Assembly: GCA_017618715.1 (NCBI GenBank)
Contig: JAFZTS010000037.1
Location: forward strand, 11,849-75,848
Length of the DNA: 64,000 bases
Source of the DNA: Bacteroidales bacterium
Lineage (GTDB): Bacteria; Bacteroidota; Bacteroidia; Bacteroidales; UBA3663
Reading direction: 5' to 3'
Position 1 is the first letter of the stretch; the number at the start of each line of letters is the position of its first letter. Of the stretch, positions 35,866 through 45,400 are shown piece after piece. A program made the translations under genes and the position numbers. Below the pieces are notes generated by a model that did no database searches, was not told where the DNA came from, and was given only the letters and a program-made list of their open reading frames with translations.

Positions 35866-36194
35866 CATATTTTCTTTCATTGAATGGTCATTTCATTGAG
35901 AAAAAATTTCTATTTGGATGGTTTTATTGTATTCAACCGATTGCGCAAAGGCAAAAGTCGGAGGATTTGTGTATAAGTTGCGGCATGATATGACCTTTTC
36001 CAGCGAGGAATCAAAACGATATCAAGAAGCTCGAAGAACTATAAGCATGCAGAGGAAAATAAAAAACATGGAAATTCGAAAAAAAATAGATTTTTCAGTT
36101 AACCTTTCCAAATGTCTTGTCACATAAAGATGGAAACGAAAATGTTTTTAAGATCAAGACAAGACGTTATTTATAGTATTTCAGACCAGTTGGG

Positions 36195-36229
36195 GAGGGC
36201 TTGGCAGGGATTGTCGAGCCCTCTTTTTT
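36195..36229 (+). terminator. Orphan intrinsic terminator on the plus strand, with no annotated gene upstream
   Basis: Stem GAGGGCT(TGGC) / (GTCG)AGCCCTC, 7 Watson-Crick pairs extendable to 11 with two G-U pairs, followed by TTTTTT (36224-36229). Confidence 0.6.
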
Positions 36230-36347
36230 GATTAAATAGTTATATTTCTGAAAAGTTGAGTTGGCAATAGAGCAACATCATATCAAGCATATTCTTATTA
36301 TTTTATTAAAATGTGAGAGCTTTAACTGTTTTTTCATGTATTTTACG

Positions 36348-36355
36348 TATTTTTG
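36348..36355 (+). promoter_or_regulatory. Candidate -7 box (TATTTTTG) for the giant-gene pair
   Basis: Matches TAnnTTTG and lies 97 nt upstream of the ATG at 36452 in an AT-rich region. I found no clean -33 TTTG at the expected spacing. Confidence 0.3.
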
Positions 36356-36451
36356 CAAAGCCAAATTGTATATTGTTCCAGTGATGGAACATATTATTTT
36401 GCTTTTTCCTTCCTAAACTTTGGATAAATTATTATTCTAATCCCCATAATC

Positions 36452-39400
36452 ATGAAACAGCAGATCTATCAATTGTGTAGAAGAATGCGACAGTCACAGC
36501 TGTGCCTATCGCGACTCTTCGCAATCATGTTATTGATGCTCCCTTATTGGAGTCTTGACAGTCTTGCCGATGACTACAATTACCCCGAGAACTATTTCAA
36601 GCTCGTAAGTTCCGGCAATGTGACCGTCAGCCAACCTTACGTTGACTTTGATGTGATGGTGGTCAACTACGATGGCACCGATGACTGTCTGAACACTTCA
36701 CCCATCTATATCGGCAACGGCTCCGAAGAAATCCTGGTGGGCTATGTCGATTACTATTACGACAGTTATTCTTATGTGCGCAATTTGGGAGACCTCTATT
36801 ATTACGGCTGGTTTCAGGTCATTGCTGACCGATATAAGGAAGGTCAGGATAGCGATTACAAGATAACCAAGTACCGCTATTATTTCGGAGACAAGGTGTT
36901 GCGTATGGCAGGCCTTAAGAAGACCCCCTTGGGTTATGTCCAGAACAACAAATATACCCTGAAGATGCGCATCGAGCAGCTTTGGGATTTCGATCACGAT
37001 GCTAAGGAGATTGTCACCAAGAAGGCGTGGTTCGTCTTGCCCGATGTGGTTACGGAATGGGGCCAGCAGTTCAGCTATACCGTGAAGCGCATTGACCGCA
37101 AGAAGGTGCAGGCTACAGTTAATGCACCTAACGCCGATCGTGCCCTTTCGCGTCGATTGATATTCCACAGTGAAGATTGTTATGTGGATCCCGGTTCGGC
37201 TAATTATGGCTTTTCCAAGTCGTTCTCGGCTTTGGCGAATACCTATTATGTCGATCTCCCAAAGGAGTTCGACCCTTCAAGGGAATATGACATCTGGTCG
37301 TATTGCAGCACCCTCTCTTCAGAGGGCGTTACCATTGGCCGTTTTAGTGGAGCGAATTTCAACTCACCACGTTTCAATTTCATCATTCCCGATTGCTGGC
37401 ACGCTTCGAATCTGGTAGCCACGCCCGACATGTGGAACAAGAGCGTGAACCTCACGTGGCAGGCCGAGTGCAGCCAGCCCTCGCTGGCCGAGACCGCCGG
37501 ATCGTGGTACATCTTCAAGTATGCAGGCGACCTGAACACCCGTGGCGCTACACCCAAGTATGTGGGAAAGGTGCCTTTCAAGGGTGTCAGGGATACTTAT
37601 TCCTTCACCGACCCCTGCGACAGCTATGACGCTCCATACGTCTATATCGTTAGTTTCGGCTTGAACGGATGGTCGGACCTCGAGAAGACGCCCGTCGATG
37701 AACTGGTCCGCAAAGTGGAGGTCAACAACCAGCGCGACTGGGATATGCAGCTCTATACCGAACGCCGACCCAGCTCGATTGTCCTGGAGTGGGAGCACGA
37801 GCGCGTCCCCGAGGCCAATGCTTCGCCTTTCTATGTGGAGCACCGCACCAGCCAAAGCGCTCCCTGGACAATCCTGGCCGAGGTGAACGAGCCCAATCTC
37901 ACGAAGCACTCCTGGCAGCATCGCGACCTGATTGATAAGGAGGCCGTCCACTACTATCGCATCCGCACCCATTTGCTCGACACAGACTTCACGGTCGAAG
38001 ATGTAAACACGACGCTCGGAACGAATGCCATCCGTTCGCTGGAGGCCTCGAAGGGTACTTTTGCGGGCGAGGTACACCTGTCGTGGGAATGCGAGATGAA
38101 CAATGACCGCGAGATGAACTTCGAGATCTTCCGCCGTCTGTCGGGCAGTGATGCCGCATGGGTACAGTTGGGCGAGATGCGCGGCACGGCCCAGACCTTT
38201 ACCTTCGTCGATGATACGCCGGTGCCCGGCAACTTCTACGACTACCGTGTGTCGTCAACATATCTGGAGGATGACGGCCACCGCACCAATCCCGTCTTCT
38301 GCTCGGCCAGCGGATTCAGCATGTCAACGGGCATCATCAGCGGTAAGGTGGCCTACGGCACCGGCACGGCTGTGGCTGGCGTGAAGATGAACCTCACCGT
38401 CGATAGTGACGACCCCACTCAGACACAACTCTATTCGATGCGCGTGCGTGACATCGGTGGTGGCCTGAAGGTTCTGCGCCCAACCGAGGAGCTGGTTTCG
38501 CTCTATACCAATCCGTTCACTGCGCAGCTTTGGGTCTATATTACTCCGAATGGGGGTACACCTGTCACACAGTGCTTCATCGACGCACAGCACGCCTTCA
38601 CCCTGCTGGCTATGCCACAGAACGACGGCACCTATCGCCTCGCGCTCGAAAAGGCCGACGGCGGCCAGTTGCTTAGCGACATCTACCTGCGTTCCTATTT
38701 ATATTATAATGTATCGGTGTCGTTCGACAACGGTAAGGTTACCCTGCATGCCATCGATTCGCGCGACAAGCAGTTGAAGTCGTGTGCGCTCGAAACGAGC
38801 TATCAGATGGCAGCATCCCAGTTTGAAGATGCTGACGAAATGATTTCGGTCATCTTCGGCGGAAAGCAGCAAGCGACGTCGGCTGGCCCCTACTTCACGG
38901 GATATATCGACGATGTGCGCTTGTGGCGCACTGCCCTCAGCGACAGCCTTATCCTGGCTTCGTACGACAAGGTGTTGTCGGGCCAGGAGACAGGCCTTGC
39001 CATGTATCTGCCGCTCGACGAGAATATCAGCGGGCAGCAGACGGCCTACGACTACAGCATGAATGCCAACGGCACACACAACGAATGGCATGCTGATGTA
39101 CTGCCGGGCACCAAACCCGACACCAACGTCCCGGACGGCTCGCTGTCGCTCTACACCACGACCGACGAAGTGGGCAACTACATTATCCGTGGCATACCCT
39201 ACACGGGCGAGGGCACTTACTATGTAGTGCGCCCGACAATGGGTCTGCATGAGTTCTCACCCTCGTTCGTCAGCCGTTACATCAGCCCCAACTCGCTGGT
39301 GCACAGTGGTGTCAACTTCAAGGATGTCTCGAGCATCCCCGTGAGCGGACAGGCATTCTACAGGGGCACGCGCTATCCTGTGGAGGGAGCAACCCTGTAT

Positions 39401-42400
39401 GTCGATGGACAAGCCTTGATGATCGATGGCGAACTGGCCCAGACCGATGTGGAGGGCAAGTTCCAGATTTCGGTGCCCATCGGCAAGCACTTCATCGAGA
39501 TTCGTAAGGATGGTCACACCTTTGAGAACGGTGGCCGTTATCCCGCCGACCCCAACGATGAGGTCACTACGTTCACTTTCGAAAAGGAGGTGACGGGCTT
39601 GCGTTTCACCGACGAAACGCTGGTAACCATAGCCGGACGCGTGTGCGGCGGTCCCACCGAGAGCGAGAAGCCTTTGGGCTTCGGCGACAGCAAGAACAAC
39701 ATCGGCCAGGCTCAGATCACCATCGACGCCGGCTATCCGATGAACATCGAGGAGGTGGTGGAGGACGGCATTATCGTGCCTTACCCTGTGGCCGACAATA
39801 TCGCGTTGACTTCGCCTACCGACCAGGTGGAGTCGAAGGCATACATTTCGGGCGGCAAGACGGCTGACGAGACACGCTACATACACGTCACCACTGACCG
39901 AAAGACGGGTGAGTTTGCCGTCAAACTGCCTCCCTGCGTCTATAACGTAACGGCTGTCAGCGTTCCGTCGAACAGCGAGATACAGTTCACTGAATTGCCC
40001 ACTATCGATGCCACCGAGCTCGATATTCTCACCGACTCGATCAGCTTCGACTCGATCAACGCCATGTACTTCAGGTATGCTGCTGCGCTGAAGCAGACCT
40101 ACCGCACGGCACCGAGGCTTGAAGTGACCGACATGTCGAATCGGGACAAGGGCGCCTATGGCGATCTGTGGGCTCCCTACATCCAACCTCTTGGGCAAGT
40201 GGATTCGGTGCAGGTCTATCAGACCAATAGCGATGCCATCAGCTACCTCTTTGGACATCCTTTGCTGACGATGAACAAGCGGTATGTCTATGCGTTGCGT
40301 GTCACCGAGGATTACCTGAACCATGACAATCCTTCCGATGTCGTCAGATACCAGGATCCGGTGCAGAATGCCATCATCCACATCAACAATGAGTTCAGCA
40401 ACAACAAGGCGTTCTATTTCAAGGGAAGCGAGCGCGGCAAGATGGTCGATGCACAGATGTCCGATACCGTACACACGGATGAGAATGGATTGGCATCGTA
40501 CATGTTCCGTGCAGGCATGCCCAACGTCCTCGATGACCATACGCTGGGACTCAACCTCACCTATGTGGTGGACGAGAAGACCTACGAATGGAACCAGAAC
40601 GGCAAGTTCAGGGTCATCGTTTTGGGCAATCTCACCTATGGAAACGACTTCATCACTAAGGGGCCTGACGAGGTGGATTTCGTCTTGAGAGACCCGCCGG
40701 GCTCCAACTCACACGCCACTTTCCGCAAGAAGAACATCCACAGCAACCAGTGGACCATCAAGGTCACAGGCGGCAGCACCCAGGACATCAGGAAGGGAAC
40801 CAAGAAGCACAACTTCTCCACCAATCTCCGCATCATTGAGAACATGGTGACTGTCGAGGCTCCCGTGGCTGGCGACAACACGCAAATAATTTCGAATCAT
40901 GATTTGGGCATAAAAGGCAGCAAGATGGAGTACACGGTAAGCACCGATGGTGTGACGCGCGCCATGAACAAGGCGCTGGGCACCGTCTTCAAGACCCTTG
41001 CATCCACCGGAGGAGCATTCACGCTCGATCAAATCAAGAGTACACCGGAGTATGAAGCGGAGTTCAAGAAGAACCTGCTGTTTGAGGGAGAGTCCGAACT
41101 CGACCTGGAGAACACCTGGGACACCTTCAACGAGGAGATTATGGTTCATTATAATACTAGCCTGTATGTGGAGGAGGTGGGTGGATTCTTCGACATCCTG
41201 CGTTCGGCCATCTACAGCGAGGACATCAACACCAGCGACCTGCCGGAATTCGTCGGCGCCCCTGCCGACCTATTCTTCGGCAGCAGCGAAAACATCATCA
41301 TCGGCGACGTGCAGAGCGTCATGATCGAAAAGAATGCAAGCGGAAGGTACGAGATTGTGGTCGAGGACGACAAGGCAGTGAGCAACAGTATCGACTCGCG
41401 TTTCGTCTATACGGCTGACCATGTGGAAAATGGGCTGATCCCGCAGATGGAGACCAACCGCATGGAGCTGCTCACCGTGGTCACTCCCGACCAGCTGACC
41501 TCGATGCGTGCGGCGGGCAACAACAGTGACAAGATCGTCTATCTTACCACGCTCAGCCCCTCAGACCCCCGTTTCGGCACGCAGAACACCGACCAGAGCG
41601 TCTGGGGAAAACTTGCCTCCGACAGCGCCAGTGTGAGCGACGGCCCGTCGTACACGGCACTTTGGCCCAGCAATCCCACCGAACCCCTTCAGGACATGGT
41701 GCTCTTCTACAACACCAACATCGACCGCTGGCGCAACGTCTTGCGCGATAACGAACGTGACAAGGTAGAGGCCATCCGCCAGAACACCCTGATACATAAC
41801 CTGTCGGTAAGTGCAGGCTCAGTACAGACCTACTCAGAGATGAAGTCCGAAGGCTCTTCCGGCGGATGGGTGGGCAACAATGACATCTATTACCTCTCTA
41901 CCACCGAGATAGAGAGGAACGTGCAAGGCACGGCTCCCATGCCCGCATCATATAAGTTTGTCAAGTCGGGCATCAGCACCCGTGTGAACAACATGAGTGG
42001 CGACTCAGAAGAAAAAGGCACTGCCTATACCCTCTATGACACCGACCCTACCGACGCGCTCAGCGTGGATGTCTTGAGATCCCCCAAGCAGTATGGCCCC
42101 ATCTTCCGAACCCGTGGCGGTGTTACATCTTCACCCTATGAGGATCAAGTCGTCACCAAGTACTACAACAAGGGAACGGTCATCTCCGAGGCTACCGTGC
42201 CAGTGGATGCGCCACACCTCACGTTCGACAAGTACAGCGTGAGCAATGTGCCCAATGGGCTGAAAGCACACTTCACCATGCACCTGCAGAATGACGGCAC
42301 CACCACCTACGACCGCTATTTCATCATCGGCGTGGTGGATTCGACCAATGTCAATGGTGCTCTTATCACAGTCGATGGCAAGCGGGGTGGTGGAACCTTC

Positions 42401-45400
42401 CTCGTGCCCGCCGGCAAGACGCTCGACCTCGACATGAGCTTCGAACAGACTAACCTGGAGGTACTCGAATACAACGACGTGGCTATCTACATGAGGGCAC
42501 AGTCGCAGGCCGACGAGACCAGCAAGTACGGTGTGCTTGAGAGTGTGGTGCCCATCAGTGTCACCTATACACCATCGAGCTCGCCCATCCAGCTTGTTGT
42601 CTCTACTCAGACCATCAACTGCAACAGCGACACCACGCTCGTGCTCACCCTGAAGGGCTTCAACCGCCACTATCGCGGTCTGCAGGGCATTCGCCTGCTC
42701 AGCAGGTATTCCGATCAGCCCAACTGGAATGTGCTCAAGGAGTGGACCTGCGACAGCACGAACACCGAGCTTGAATACCTGCCCGTGGATAAGGCTGAGC
42801 TTACCTACAAGCTCTCGATGCGCAACACCATCGACTTCCCCGACGGATACTATTACTTCCGAGCCGAGACCTATTGCCAGTATGGCGATGCCCCAGTTAG
42901 CGCATTCAGCGATGAGTTGGCTGTGGCCAAGGATGTCGCCAAGCCCAAGATTCTCGGATTGCCTGAACCTGCCGACGGCATACTCGACATCGGCGAGATG
43001 CTTTCGCTCCGCTTCAATGAAAATATTCGCGAGGTGAGTGACCCAGAATACAGCATCATCGTCAAGGGCGTGAAGAACGGCGTTTCGTATGAGCAGGGTA
43101 CAGCCTTGCAAATGAGCGGAGCCGACCAGACCGCATCGACTGAAGCTTCGATCAACTTCAATAGCCAACCTTTTGCCGGAGAGATGTGGCTGCGCTTGCG
43201 CAGCGCGGGCACCATCCTGCGGCATGGGCAGGGCAACCGCCATTTCGCGATCAGCGTCGATGAGGGCGGCCACCTTGTGGTCGATGTCAACGGTTCGGAG
43301 TTTGTCAGCCAGAACAGACTGCCGCTCGACGGAACCAAGACGTTCCTCAGCTACAGCTACAACTATAATCCCTATCAGAGCACATTATCGGCACAAGCTG
43401 CGGCAGATGACGCCACCATCCCGCTCTTCGAAGGCCAGCTCGTGCCTCAGTACAGTGCCGAGGGACGACTTGCCATCGGCCTTGGACTGAATGGCACCAT
43501 CCAGAACATGACGCTTTGGGACGTGGCACGCACACCGGACGAGGCTCTCCGGGAACGCAACCGCACGCATTCGGCAACCTCACGTGGACTGATAGGCTAT
43601 TGGAAGATGGACGAGGGCCATGGCAATGTCGTTCGCGACATCGTTCGCAGCCGTCACCTCATCGCCCCGGATGCCCTGTGGTATCTGCACAACAAGAATG
43701 AGGCAGCCCACTTCGACGGCACCTCCAAGCTTACTTTCCGTTCACCTGGCACACTCTATGAGGACGAGACGGCGAACTACGCCGTGGAGTTCTGGTTCCG
43801 TGGTGAGAAGGGGCAGCAGGTCAATACCAACCTGCTTGAAGCCGGATCGCAGAATTCAAAGGATTCGCTTGTCATCGTCCATAACGCTAATGGTCGCTTG
43901 CAATTAATTGCAGGAGGACGTACTACCACCGTTGGAACAACCGATTACTTCGACGGCCAGTGGCACCACCTGGCTCTGAATGTGCTCCGATTCGGGACGA
44001 CCAGCATCTCGATTGACGGCGAACGGATTGCCGAAACCTCATCGGCGAATGTTCCGACACTCGTAGGCAAGTTCGTCACTATGGGCAACAAATTCCATGG
44101 TGACATCGACGAGTTGAGATATTGGCGAGCCACCATGAGCCAGCAACTCTTGGCCAGCCGCATCTATGAGCGCGTCGATACCGCACAGGCCAAGCAGGAA
44201 GGCCTCGCCGTCTATCTGCCTTTCGAGGCAAGCAGCTACGACGACTACAACCAGCTTGTCACCGAGTTCTCGCTCGACAATCATAGCGGACACAAGATAG
44301 ACTTGACGGCCGAGAATGTATTGGCTGCCGTGAGTGCACCCAGCCTCAAGGAGGCTCCCGCCAACAGCGCGTGGCGGTTCAAGATGACGAAGAACGAGCG
44401 CGAGATCTACCTTGAGCTGACCGATGCCCTGAAGGACATCAACGGACAGCAAGTGACCGTCACCGTGCGCGAAGTCTATGACGAGCATGACAACTACTGT
44501 GATCCTATCAGTTGGACGACACTTGTCAACCAGAATCCGCTTGTTTGGGAAGACAAGTCGTTGGAATACTCCAGCACCCGCCGCGAAGGTGACATGAAGG
44601 CTTCCTTCCGCAACCTTAGTGGCACACAGCATCCATGGTTCATCACCCACCTGCCGGCTTGGCTTATTCCCGACAGGTCGCAGGGAACCATCGATCCGGG
44701 TGCAGGCCCACAGACTATCAACTTCACGCTGAGTCCCTCTCTTCCCATTGGTCACTATACCGACGTGATCTACCTCGTGAGCGAGGAGGGAATATACGAA
44801 CCATTGTCACTTGATGTCACTATCGAGGGAGAAAGACCCAATTGGTGGCCTTACACTTATACCAGCGATGTGATGAACATGATTGGGCAGATGAAGGTCG
44901 ATGGACGGATTCTGGAGGAGAACTCCTTGCTTGGTGCATTCACAGGCGATAAGTGTGTGGGTGCGGCTTCACCCATCTACAATAAGAACCATGACACCTG
45001 GTTTGTGATGCTCTCCATCTATTGTAACGATGCCGACAAGGGCAAGCCGCTTCAGTTCAAGATTTGGGATGGTTCAACGGGTATCACCTATCCGATGGTA
45101 CTTACTGAACAAGCCTATACTATCCAGAAGAATATGCTCTTCGGCTCGTTCGCCGATCCCGTCATTTGGGAAGCCTCGCACGAGGCCGAGCAGACACTCC
45201 ATATCTTCGGCGGGTGGAACTGGTCATCGCTCTACGTCATTCCTTCCGATCCACAGTTGACCAATCTCTTCGTTTCGCCGCAGGAGGGCAACCGCATCTT
45301 GAGCAGTGATGGATATGCTTCCTTCACCGATGGTCAGTGGCAAGGTAACCTTCAGACACTTGGAGTGGGCCAACTCTATAAGATTTATAGCCCCAACAGT

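Noticed and set aside
35918-36127. 69-aa ORF in the AT-rich gap, considered as a real CDS
   Set aside because: It was not called as a CDS because I found no promoter box, no recognisable family and an AT-rich low-complexity context. It is kept only as part of the small-transcript hypothesis around the orphan terminator.
35811-36451. Invertible promoter (inverton) upstream of the giant surface-protein genes
   Set aside because: I searched this region by eye for long flanking inverted repeats typical of Bacteroidales invertons. I found only short hairpins (8-bp arms at 36114/36158 and 6-bp arms at 36375/36385), and there is no recombinase gene nearby.
39257-40540. Long antisense and alternative-frame ORFs inside the giant genes (for example 39257-40540, 42131-43273, 46906-48144, 49483-50649, 44039-44755, 53560-54459)
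   Set aside because: All are embedded opposite or out of frame in the two uninterrupted ~9.7-kb ORFs, whose paralogy confirms the sense frame. None carries a recognisable motif.
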